Below are positions 40,401-48,437 of a stretch of 64,000 nt of DNA, piece by piece (within the stretch, counting starts at the first letter, position 1; every line of letters starts with the position of its first letter). Under the pieces are notes generated by a model. That model worked only from the letters and a program-made list of their open reading frames with translations. It did not search any database and was not told the DNA's origin. Source of the DNA: a virus; the IMG/VR virus record IMGVR_UViG_3300025120_014381, positions 1-64,000 of that record; one strand, given 5' to 3'. The position numbers were made by a program, and so were the translations under genes.

Positions 40401-40967
40401 AGCAGTTGAAACAGTTAAACCCTTTCCGTACTTTTTAAGTAGATCAAAGTCAATGCGCGGATATCTATAAAAGCCGTCTGTGTAGGCACGTTTAATTAGA
40501 GTAAATAAGTTACCTAAACCTTCACGGTTCTGTGCTGTTACTACCAGATGATAACGTCGTTTCCATTCGTCCTTACCCAAGTCAAACGATTTTGTTTCTT
40601 CTTCGTTTTCGATAATATGACCGCCTTCTTCATCTTCTTTCAGGGCTTTAAGTTTTGCATTGGCACGATCGATCTTTGACTGTTCATAGTCTGATTTCCA
40701 GTCTTTAAGCGATGGGACAAAGTAAAACTCGCAACCGTATATTTGACGGAATTTCTTGCCTTGCTTTTTAACTTTTTGCGCATGTTTATAAGCGTGTGCT
40801 AGACCAGAACCGTTACCGTGATCAGTTAATGCCCAAGCATCCATACCATTTTCTAGTACAAAGTCAATATGGTCGGATGGGTACCCTAGGCCGTCGAAAA
40901 CAGAGAAACCTGTGTGTCCGTGAAAACCAACAAATCGATCGGGTGGGGTAATTAGCTTGATGTCCAT
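37449..40967 (-). CDS. dnaE: DNA polymerase III alpha subunit (family C)
   Basis: PHP HGHT.FS..DG, ALTDHG, RGSGGGS, PDIDSD, GRHAGG, KFDFLGL, FNKSHA; start revised to ATG 40967. Confidence 0.97.
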   Translation of the reverse strand: MDIKLITPPDRFVGFHGHTGFSVFDGLGYPSDHIDFVLENGMDAWALTDHGNGSGLAHAYKHAQKVKKQGKKFRQIYGCEFYFVPSLKDWKSDYEQSKIDRANAKLKALKEDEEGGHIIENEEETKSFDLGKDEWKRRYHLVVTAQNREGLGNLFTLIKRAYTDGFYRYPRIDFDLLKKYGKGLTVSTACLGGIFSNRIMRGNALKLGDEKIQQELMYLSDRFVDAVGEDNFYLEIQFNRLKQQHLVNHHLLRHSDATGLQLIATPDSHYYSPDKWEARELYKKLGWMGNDPSPLPEFEDLKCELYPKNASQMWNEFTRHYDEYKDTYQGYEEKIKRSIEITHDIAWEKCEDCWIDTSVKLPDFNKPNETAFQQLAKKVKAALIKEGLHTNTEYVARAKHELDDIKYLGFENYFLVMYEVFHKAADHTLFGPARGSGGGSLVNYLLGITQVDPLKYDLLWERFLGRHRTSWPDIDSDAGNRDALIDAARELYGDQAVIPVSNFNTLKLKSLVKDIAKFYEVDFAEVNKMTGPLQDDVMSQARDENTEKSVFVLKHEDCMNYSKGYREFMEKYPKVKDHIEALFMQNRSIGRHAGGVIIGPPEALEQSMPIIGVRGELQTPWTEGMNFRNLEDNGFIKFDFLGLTLLKDVENCIKRIITRETGTEPTFLEIRDWFDKHLNCRYVEQDDDTVWKHVYHQRRKTGVFQFTAEGARRFCEDAKPTTIIELAALTAIYRPGPLRANVHKKYVKDKLRSDEIHYAHPIIKEILGPTFGHVTFQEQFMLLAQKLGGFTPAESDKLRKTLVKKSLDTMGNKGGEREEARSRFVNGAKEINGVPEHISQELWERIEFFSVYGFNKSHAVAYAIGSYYAAWLHTYYETDWLGTILESENNNPNALSKAIAEIKEMGYRIELPDVNESGTYWQWSDNKKAFIPPLTSIKGVGKTAVVEIMQNRPYESVADILFDETGKWRHSKLNKTGFASLCKVEAFNGLQEMWDGTIDNHNQLYNIIIENYNALKKSKWGMTMRKAKKENAPEMLPILIEQTKDIEDWGRIDKLTMYQDLCSATRDDLAFPDDMMEKIKSANVKSVLNMEPGEKGIAWCCIVEMIKKTTKNKKTFYRLKITDYENNTGWLRMWGNKPSSMVPYSIWLVQASNDPNWGASTSVAKVRPLVTD

Positions 40968-40997
40968 GTAGAAAAACTCCTTGTTGTATTTTGTTTT

Positions 40998-41026
40998 ATT
41001 ATACACTAAGGAGTTTAAGATTACAC
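40998..41026 (-). promoter_or_regulatory. Promoter GTGTAA-N17-TATAAT upstream of dnaE
   Basis: Exact match to recurrent motif. Confidence 0.75.
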
Positions 41027-41036
41027 TTTTCAATAT

Positions 41037-41438
41037 TTATTCTTTGCAAGCATCACAAAGTGTGTATATCCAGCCTCGCTTTTTTTCATTAGGTGTTGAA
41101 GCATTCCCACATTGCGAACAGATTCGATAAGACATTGACTCTGCAAGATCAATAATCCCATCAATGAATTCGTCGCTTCCCTGGACATAGAAACGAAGGC
41201 CACCAAATTTCTCTTTCACTTGCGTCGCCTCGCATACAACATGCTCTTCCTCGGGTTTGTTACGATTAGCATTGTCCATTTGATTCTTGATATTGCCACA
41301 CATTGTGTCTATTAACGAATACCATCCATCACCACATGCTATTCCGTAACACATTGCTGTTACAGTCCTGTCTAACTCTCGCTGTCTGAATATTACTGGA
41401 TAATCATTAAATAGCTTTTCTTGTAATTCTTTCTTCAT
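41037..41438 (-). CDS. Conserved phage protein with C-terminal Zn ribbon
   Basis: CGDGW, QVKEKFGGLRFY, C..CG...TLC..C. Confidence 0.75.
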   Translation of the reverse strand: MKKELQEKLFNDYPVIFRQRELDRTVTAMCYGIACGDGWYSLIDTMCGNIKNQMDNANRNKPEEEHVVCEATQVKEKFGGLRFYVQGSDEFIDGIIDLAESMSYRICSQCGNASTPNEKKRGWIYTLCDACKE

Positions 41439-41625
41439 TGTTGCCTCTTTGTATTAATTTAACGCCGCCCTTATTACCATCATGAACAATTGATATTATT
41501 TTAGAGCGTGACAATATTCTAAGTTCCGTGTAATGAAATCTAACAACTGACTCTAAAACAATTCCATAAACAATTTGTCCCTTATAAGTAATTGTTTCAA
41601 TCAAGTCACCTGAATAGAATTCCAT
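41407..41625 (-). CDS. Small SH3/KOW-like hypothetical protein
   Basis: FYSGDLI...YGIVL. Confidence 0.55.
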   Translation of the reverse strand: MEFYSGDLIETITYKGQIVYGIVLESVVRFHYTELRILSRSKIISIVHDGNKGGVKLIQRGNNEERITRKAI

Positions 41626-41627
41626 TG

Positions 41628-42617
41628 TTAAAAATATTCAGTTAAGTCAATATTTCTCGCTTCTGCTTCTTCTAGATATCTTAATGGGTTGTAACCTTCA
41701 GACTTTAAAATACTTTCGAAAGACATTTTTATTCCTTGCGATAAACTTATTTTTGGTTCCCACCCAGTTATCCTCCTAGCTTTTTGTGATGACAAGATAT
41801 GATTACCCATATATTCTGTTTGTGGCAGCCATTCGATTGTATCTGCGAAACTCTGGCCACACACTTCATCCATTAGCTGAATGATTTCACCGGTGACTAA
41901 TGGCGTTTCAGCTGCGATATTATAATCGTCATTCCAATATTCTTTTTTGCTCATACAAGTAAAGACACCATCACAATAATCATTGACGTGTAAGTAGTCT
42001 TTAATCTTTGTTGGGTCAAGGAACATTTTGACTTTAGGAATTCCATTAAGCTTGGCGTATATCGTTTTAGCAATCAAAGAGTTCATGTCACCCTCACCAC
42101 CATATGCAAAGAGTGGTCTTACGATCATCCATGCGTCACTGTGTGACTTAACGATTTCTTCTGCAGATAATTTCTGACAGCCGTAAAAAGTGCTCGGTCC
42201 TCGATCTGAATCCTCAACGATAGCTGTTTCTTGATATTTGGGAGTATCATAAATAACTGTAGTACCCATATAACAGACAGGAATTCCGCACTTCTTTGCA
42301 GCACGACAGATATTAAAAGTACCCTGGACGTTAGTAAGTGTTGATTCTTTTGCATTTAGCGCGACGACATCAGTACCTACAACTGCTGCGTTATGGATGA
42401 CATAGTCAATATCGTTGACTTTAAAGAATGCTATCCACGCTTCTTCTGAATTACGATGAACACAAGGCTCACCTTTTTCCGTCGTAAACTGTGCCACAAA
42501 TGCGGCATCTTCGTTTAAATCGTGCACGCCCGATACAAAATGAAAACCGTGTTTTTTTGCGCGATTGGCTAAATTAGTACCTATAAAACCTTTTTCTCCA
42601 GTTATAAAAACATTCAT
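41628..42617 (-). CDS. Divergent NAD-dependent epimerase/dehydratase (extended SDR)
   Basis: TGEKGFIG, HNAA, TNVQGT, YGCQK, DYLHVND. Confidence 0.85.
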   Translation of the reverse strand: MNVFITGEKGFIGTNLANRAKKHGFHFVSGVHDLNEDAAFVAQFTTEKGEPCVHRNSEEAWIAFFKVNDIDYVIHNAAVVGTDVVALNAKESTLTNVQGTFNICRAAKKCGIPVCYMGTTVIYDTPKYQETAIVEDSDRGPSTFYGCQKLSAEEIVKSHSDAWMIVRPLFAYGGEGDMNSLIAKTIYAKLNGIPKVKMFLDPTKIKDYLHVNDYCDGVFTCMSKKEYWNDDYNIAAETPLVTGEIIQLMDEVCGQSFADTIEWLPQTEYMGNHILSSQKARRITGWEPKISLSQGIKMSFESILKSEGYNPLRYLEEAEARNIDLTEYF

Positions 42618-42695
42618 TAATACACACTCCTATTTTTTAAATTTATCAATTGCGTTTAATATATATTATATAAAAGGTAGCGAGGAATTTACAGT

Positions 42696-45545
42696 ATGAA
42701 TAAAAAAAGTTTAAGTCGCGGCGATCTAAGAAAAATTTTAATCGAAGCATTGGAAGTTTATTCAGAAGAAAAAAACCCAGGATTTGAAAGAAATAGTCGA
42801 CATCGGGAAGCAATATCACTACTCAAAACAAGAAAGAAGAATGTGACTGATGTCTATTTTCTAGATGCAATTAAGAAAGAAGGGATAAAAACTTCTATTA
42901 ATCTAGATAACTATTTTTTCTGGAGTCAGAATCGTTCATTTTGGAGCTCATTGTCTAGCTTTGACGAATTAAAAATTGGTGAGTCTGGTATTAATTTAGG
43001 TATCAGCAAAAGCACAGATCCTTATATGTATCAAAAAATTGGTGCAAATAAATACAGAGTAGTTGCAGGACCGAAACCTGAACAAATGGGTTTTGAATTT
43101 ACAAAAATGCCAAAATCAGACCCTTCACCGAGCAAAAATATACAGAAAAAAGACGTGCCAAAAGAAGATTTGATCAAACATGAGTATACAATAGGAAATA
43201 CAGGTGTTGCAAATGCCGTGAAAGGTACTAAAATGATCAAAAGGGTAAAAGGAGACATTTCAAGAAAAATAGTCATGACCTATTTAATGCCCGATTCTTT
43301 AAAAGCGATGGAAATTCAGTCTAGAGTGCCACCAAAACCATTTAAAAAAGTTGATGATAAAAAAGAAATTGGTGAAGTTGTTAAAGAATTTGAGAGGCTT
43401 ACCGGCAATAAAATACCTTTTGACATAGGCGCTGGTAAAGAAAAGATTGTATCTAAATTATCAGGTAAGAAGTTACCTCCAAGCGAATTCATAAACACTT
43501 TTGGTCCAATAATTAAAAATTCGGTGGGGACGTCAGGCGTTTTTCCTTCTGTGACATTAGCTCAAGCAATCTTAGAAACAGGGTGGGGAAGATCAACTGT
43601 GGGTGATGCAAATAATATGTTTGGCATCAAAGCAAAAGGCAAAAAAACACAGTATTGGCAAGGTGATTCAACAGTCAGTAAAACAACTGAATATATTAAA
43701 GGTAAAAAAGGCAGCTATAACCTAGGCTTTCGAAAATACAGATCAATTGAAGACAGTATCAAAGACCATAATTTGCTTTTACAAAAATCTCGCTATAAAA
43801 AAGCGATTAATGCTGTTACACCTGAAGAACAAGTAAAAGAAATTAAAGCAGCAGGTTACGCAACTGATCCTAAATATGCTGAAAAGTTAATAAGCCTTAT
43901 TAACAAATACGATTTAAAACAATTTGATAGTGAAGTTGCAGCATTGAAGGCATCACAAAAAAGTGACGCGTCAAGATTAGCAGAAAACAAAAATAGGAGA
44001 AAAGGCGAAATGATTATGACAGAAGAAAAAATAAGGTTAATGGTTAGAAATTTACTTCTTAATGAAATCTCAGGACAGGACAAAGAACATGTAAAATTTG
44101 TTCAACGAGTAATTGGCACAAAAGATGATGGTGACTGGGGTGACAATACTAATGATGCGTGGATACGTTGGGTTGAAGAACATGTAGATGTCCTCGAGAA
44201 GATGGCTGAAGATGCATCGTTAACAAAAAAGAATATTTTAGATATTAAAGCTGACGCTGCGGAAATTGCAGCCGTGATACTTGGCGAGAAATCAAAAGAA
44301 AATTTAGCAGGTGTTAAAGAACTTGTGAAAAAGTACTTGGATATTGTAAACACAGTAAAGTCAAAATTCAATACTGGCGATAAATATGAGTTTGTCCGGG
44401 GGCCAATAAACGGCTTGTACCGAGGTGGTTTACAAGGTATGAAAAACAATTATATAAAATTTTATTACAATGATATCGCGATTGCATTCGATATTAAAAC
44501 TGGTGAAATAAAGCAAAGAAAACGCGGGGAACAAAAACCTTTTGGGTTTGGACAAGGCAAAAAATTAAAAGAACATGTCCAAACAAATGTATTGAAAGAA
44601 AACTTTATTAACCCAGCTAAAATATACATGGATCTAAAAGCAGGGGACAAAATTGCTAATAATTCTGTGTACAACGCTATTGTCGTCGATGTCGGGCCCA
44701 TTCAGTTCGAGGATGCTTTAGATGATGGTTTGGAAAATTATAAAAAAAATCAATCAAAAGAAAAAGGCCAGCTTGTTGGAGAAGTCGAAGTTGTGGGCGA
44801 AGATATCGTTTACAACAATTTAGTATTTCGATCTGTGCCTAGTCCAAAAATTGTAGCGAAGGCTAAACAGTTGTACAATAGTTTTCGCGCAGCGCCTAAA
44901 GATCAAGAGTCCCTAAATAAATGGAGAGAAGAGAACATTTACGGTGCTTACGATAAAAAATATTTAAAAAGTACTTATACTAATAGAGGTAAAATAAGTG
45001 GTTTTGCATCAACTGAGCAGAGTGCATGGAGCTCTTGGTTTTTAAATATATGTGCGCTAGAAGATCCTGTTTTTAGTTCACAGATTAATAGTGGAAAACT
45101 TTGGGTTGGTTATCCTATTAATTCTGCTACAAATTCTGACAAATTAGGTCTTTTTGATTTGCAGAAGAAAGTCATGGAAAACCCAAATGAATATAAAGGT
45201 AAAACTGTCTGGATACCTTTTGATATTAGTATCGGTGTTCCTGTCGTTCCTGGAGATATGATATCTACTCCTAGAAGCGGAGGAAATCACATGAGAATTT
45301 TTGTTGATTCGAATGGAACAGTAATGGGAGGAAATGAAGGATATCACCCAAAATATAAAGGTCCAAAAGGAAAAAGGGTAAAAGTTGAAGGATCACCCGA
45401 GGGAGGTGGCATGGGTAAAGGATCAGTAAAATTAAATGACCTAGGTACACCGGTGCCAGGACAATCGTATGCACGAGGACATACCTACAAACACATATTA
45501 AAAAAAGTTTATATAGTCGGGGCTAAAGACAGAAACTTTTCATAA
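42696..45545 (+). CDS. Multidomain (probably virion-associated) peptidoglycan hydrolase: GH73/FlgJ-like glucosaminidase, PG-binding-like motif, C-terminal DUF2272/CHAP-like region
   Basis: AQAILETGWG, NNMFGIKA, FRKY, GYATDPKY; QRVIGTKDDGDWG; AWSSWF...H....GGNE; N-terminal leader. Confidence 0.8.
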   Translation: MNKKSLSRGDLRKILIEALEVYSEEKNPGFERNSRHREAISLLKTRKKNVTDVYFLDAIKKEGIKTSINLDNYFFWSQNRSFWSSLSSFDELKIGESGINLGISKSTDPYMYQKIGANKYRVVAGPKPEQMGFEFTKMPKSDPSPSKNIQKKDVPKEDLIKHEYTIGNTGVANAVKGTKMIKRVKGDISRKIVMTYLMPDSLKAMEIQSRVPPKPFKKVDDKKEIGEVVKEFERLTGNKIPFDIGAGKEKIVSKLSGKKLPPSEFINTFGPIIKNSVGTSGVFPSVTLAQAILETGWGRSTVGDANNMFGIKAKGKKTQYWQGDSTVSKTTEYIKGKKGSYNLGFRKYRSIEDSIKDHNLLLQKSRYKKAINAVTPEEQVKEIKAAGYATDPKYAEKLISLINKYDLKQFDSEVAALKASQKSDASRLAENKNRRKGEMIMTEEKIRLMVRNLLLNEISGQDKEHVKFVQRVIGTKDDGDWGDNTNDAWIRWVEEHVDVLEKMAEDASLTKKNILDIKADAAEIAAVILGEKSKENLAGVKELVKKYLDIVNTVKSKFNTGDKYEFVRGPINGLYRGGLQGMKNNYIKFYYNDIAIAFDIKTGEIKQRKRGEQKPFGFGQGKKLKEHVQTNVLKENFINPAKIYMDLKAGDKIANNSVYNAIVVDVGPIQFEDALDDGLENYKKNQSKEKGQLVGEVEVVGEDIVYNNLVFRSVPSPKIVAKAKQLYNSFRAAPKDQESLNKWREENIYGAYDKKYLKSTYTNRGKISGFASTEQSAWSSWFLNICALEDPVFSSQINSGKLWVGYPINSATNSDKLGLFDLQKKVMENPNEYKGKTVWIPFDISIGVPVVPGDMISTPRSGGNHMRIFVDSNGTVMGGNEGYHPKYKGPKGKRVKVEGSPEGGGMGKGSVKLNDLGTPVPGQSYARGHTYKHILKKVYIVGAKDRNFS

Positions 45546-45571
45546 AAAAACCCTACTGAGCGTAGGGTTTT
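45544..45571. terminator. Bidirectional intrinsic terminator between convergent genes
   Basis: A7-CCCTAC-N5-GTAGGG-T4. Confidence 0.75.
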
Positions 45572-45596
45572 AGGGTTTATAAGATTATAGTCAATA

Positions 45597-46046
45597 CTAT
45601 TCTATTTCACCTTGATATCGCATTTCAACTAGTTGACTAGAACCTACACAATCACTCAGGTAGTTGTCTAACTGTTTTAGCGATGTGCAGACTGCTTCAC
45701 CACTTGCTGCTAGCATGAGATTAAATTGTGCACCTGGTGGAAGACCATCACAGAAATATACAATAGGTTTTTCCAAACAATTCATATAACCTGCCTCAAA
45801 AATACTTCCCATATCTTTATTGCGTGTATTGCACAACATCCAGTCACATTCGTGCAAGTGTTGAATGTTTCCTTTAAAGATCTGGTCTTGCATTGATTCT
45901 TCAGCATCATTATCACAAAGATTTTCATCCTTAGGTGAAAAATAAGAAATACCATGCTTTTCAAAAACTGCCTTAATATTTTCTACTTCTTCCATCCATT
46001 CTGGTGAAAACCAACCACTAGCTAAATAAACTTTTCCTAAACTCAT
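45597..46046 (-). CDS. Nucleoside 2-deoxyribosyltransferase / dNMP N-glycosidase family protein
   Basis: VYLASGWF, SP, D.GSIFEAGY, KPIV, NLML. Confidence 0.85.
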   Translation of the reverse strand: MSLGKVYLASGWFSPEWMEEVENIKAVFEKHGISYFSPKDENLCDNDAEESMQDQIFKGNIQHLHECDWMLCNTRNKDMGSIFEAGYMNCLEKPIVYFCDGLPPGAQFNLMLAASGEAVCTSLKQLDNYLSDCVGSSQLVEMRYQGEIE

Positions 46047-46047
46047 A

Positions 46048-47034
46048 TTATTTTCTCCCCATAAATTGATTATATTGATATTTTAATTGTGCAATATCTT
46101 CGTATGTTTCGTCCCAAAGTTGTTCAAATATTGTTGGTGCGTCTGGTGGGTGTGTACCATTAATATCCTCACGTCGAGACTGGTAAATTGTATCGTTAGG
46201 ATGATACTCAAACTTATCATTCTTAGGTTCTGGCCAGTACAGATTTGTACCTCGTGATGTTTCGCCACCTTTACCATCAGGCACACGGAATGTTTTAATA
46301 TAATGCATATCTGGCTTGTTAAAGTCAATTCTTGCAGATGCTTCTGGCAACACCTTTAAAACTTCTCGCGCCATATAAGCTGCAAGAAGATTATCAGCTG
46401 CAGGTTGAATTTGCATATCTTGGCGTTGCGCGATGAAACCTAGTAAATCTTTAAGATTAAGACGCATTAGATAGAATGATGTCATTGCTTTTGGAAGAAT
46501 CATTCTAGCATCCATCATAGACACTACTTTTGAATCTGTCATATCTGAATAAAGCTGTTTTGACTCTCGTACGATCTTTTTATATCTCGCCAAAAATTCA
46601 GGTGAATTCTGGACGGCTTCTGGAATTACTGCCGGATCATCTCGTAAGTCACGATCGCCTGTGCATTGTGCAGCAAAAGAACCTGCTCGGTGCCTAATGA
46701 TATGCGTCACTTCTTGAAATGATAAACCGGAAAGCTTAAAGGTAAAGCCTAAACATTCCATTGGTGTTGGAAGCGCACGAAAACAGAGGACGTCCTCAAG
46801 ATTTGCAGATAACTCTTTCAGTGATGCTGTTGCTGGGTTTGTTTCGTCATGATGATCTGCCCATGTTGCCTTCACATATTGCCAAGCGACGTTCAAGGCT
46901 TGTGAACGTGTTGGTGCGTCGATCAATTCAACTTTTAAATGAGCTAAGTTGTTAAAGAATTCTGTTCTTGGTTCTTGACCGAACTTTAATTCCATTGGTA
47001 AATCGACAGGTTTTAAATCTAAATTTTGTGGCAT
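46048..47034 (-). CDS. Divergent flavin-dependent thymidylate synthase (ThyX-like)
   Basis: HIIRHRAGSFAAQC, DARMILP, NLKDL..F...R. Confidence 0.8.
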   Translation of the reverse strand: MPQNLDLKPVDLPMELKFGQEPRTEFFNNLAHLKVELIDAPTRSQALNVAWQYVKATWADHHDETNPATASLKELSANLEDVLCFRALPTPMECLGFTFKLSGLSFQEVTHIIRHRAGSFAAQCTGDRDLRDDPAVIPEAVQNSPEFLARYKKIVRESKQLYSDMTDSKVVSMMDARMILPKAMTSFYLMRLNLKDLLGFIAQRQDMQIQPAADNLLAAYMAREVLKVLPEASARIDFNKPDMHYIKTFRVPDGKGGETSRGTNLYWPEPKNDKFEYHPNDTIYQSRREDINGTHPPDAPTIFEQLWDETYEDIAQLKYQYNQFMGRK

Positions 47035-47070
47035 AGAATCTCCTTTTGAGTTTTAAATTTGTATATAATG

Positions 47071-47099
47071 ATTATAGACAAAAAAAAGCACTATTACAA
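47071..47099 (-). promoter_or_regulatory. Promoter TTGTAA-N17-TATAAT upstream of thyX-like gene
   Basis: One mismatch from recurrent motif. Confidence 0.65.
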
Positions 47100-47150
47100 A
47101 ATAGTGCTTAAAAAGTTTACTAAACTAATTAATTTTATTGATCAGGAAAA

Positions 47151-47378
47151 CTATTTAATTAAGTTAACTGATGATGCCATTTCAGGATTAAAGTCTCTTC
47201 GAAGTTCGATAAGTGGGTTAAAGCGAATATTCCCGCGCTCTATAATCAAAGATCCCTGGGGCTTGACTAATGAACCTTCGACGTCTAGTGCTTCAAAGTC
47301 TATCTCAGTTCTTTTATTGTAAGTAATATCTTTTTCTTGAGCTTCTGCAGTAAAAATTGAAATGAGTAATAAAAACAT
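47151..47378 (-). CDS. CglF/GltF-like (adventurous gliding motility) small secreted protein
   Basis: Signal peptide, then YNKRTEIDF...VEGSLVKPQG....R...FNPLIELRRDFNPEM..S, the pattern recalled for myxobacterial CglF. Confidence 0.75.
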   Translation of the reverse strand: MFLLLISIFTAEAQEKDITYNKRTEIDFEALDVEGSLVKPQGSLIIERGNIRFNPLIELRRDFNPEMASSVNLIK

Positions 47379-47416
47379 GGTTTTTCCTTTGTTGGGTTGT
47401 ATTGTTGTATATTAAT

Positions 47417-47445
47417 ATTATATATGGTTAATTAGACAGTTACAC
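47417..47445 (-). promoter_or_regulatory. Promoter GTGTAA-N17-TATAAT upstream of cglF-like gene
   Basis: Exact match to recurrent motif. Confidence 0.75.
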
Positions 47446-48412
47446 TTTTGTTGTCTTTTTTATTATACTTTACAATCTTATTAACGTCTTCTATTGTTGT
47501 TTCTTCATCAATAAACAACATAATGTCAGCGACGTCTGTGTTGTATTCCTCAGCAAAGTACTTATATTCTCTTTTTCCTGATTTAAAATCTTCCAAAGCC
47601 TTGCTATTTCTTTTAAGTGCAGATAATCTTACAGATAATTCTTCAACTCCGAGATTGTCAGGAGGCGTTTCATATAAACCTTGATAGTACATTGCTAGTC
47701 TGAGTACTAAATCTTGTTCTGCGTTACTACTACCAATTCTTTTCGGTTTGTCATAGAAAACAATATACTCAGTAATCTGTCGTTTATTACCTTTTACTAA
47801 ATCTTTTCTTAACGCACCTTTTAATTGACTAACATTAAAATTACTTTTAGGACCTTTGCCGCTACTATCAGAAAGAGCTTTGATCGCGCCGTTTTTAATA
47901 TGACCTACTTCGTGCAGAAGAAGCGCTAATAATTCTTTTTCGCTAGAGTTTTGGGCATAAAGTTTAAATACAACTATCAAAGGGTTGTTAAGTCTATCAT
48001 TGTTAATTTTAGATATTACATGTGGAGGTAAACCGATATCTTTTGGGACTTTGTCAAAATGCAAAACTTTCCTATCTTCACCTTCTTCATCGCCATAACC
48101 GGCATGAAACGCCAATGCCTTTATCCCTTTAAACTCAATGTCAACTTTATCAGTAATGTGAAGATAAGTTTGATTGATTATTTTGATGACTTCATTAACT
48201 GTCGCTCCATCAATATTTTGACTTTTTGTATCAGCATTTTTAAGTTCTTCTATTACTTCATTTTTTGCTATTTTAAAAGCTTTGTTTAACTTATCTTCTA
48301 GACTAAGCATTTTAGAGCTAGCATAAAAATCATCTTCTTCGTCACTTAGCCAGTCTTGTTCGTTAATAAAATTTTCTACAATTAATGATATTTGTCTTTT
48401 TGTAAGTTTCAT
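47432..48412 (-). CDS. HEXXH metallopeptidase-like protein with leader
   Basis: LLHEVGH and downstream EELSVR; start revised to 48412 MKLTKRQISLIVENFINE. Confidence 0.6.
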   Translation of the reverse strand: MKLTKRQISLIVENFINEQDWLSDEEDDFYASSKMLSLEDKLNKAFKIAKNEVIEELKNADTKSQNIDGATVNEVIKIINQTYLHITDKVDIEFKGIKALAFHAGYGDEEGEDRKVLHFDKVPKDIGLPPHVISKINNDRLNNPLIVVFKLYAQNSSEKELLALLLHEVGHIKNGAIKALSDSSGKGPKSNFNVSQLKGALRKDLVKGNKRQITEYIVFYDKPKRIGSSNAEQDLVLRLAMYYQGLYETPPDNLGVEELSVRLSALKRNSKALEDFKSGKREYKYFAEEYNTDVADIMLFIDEETTIEDVNKIVKYNKKDNKSVTV

Positions 48413-48437
48413 TAGCGCCTCGTCATATAAATACATA

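Noticed and set aside
37449-40967. Intein or intron in dnaE
   Set aside because: Length is normal (~1170 aa), motifs are contiguous and no splice-junction motifs were seen
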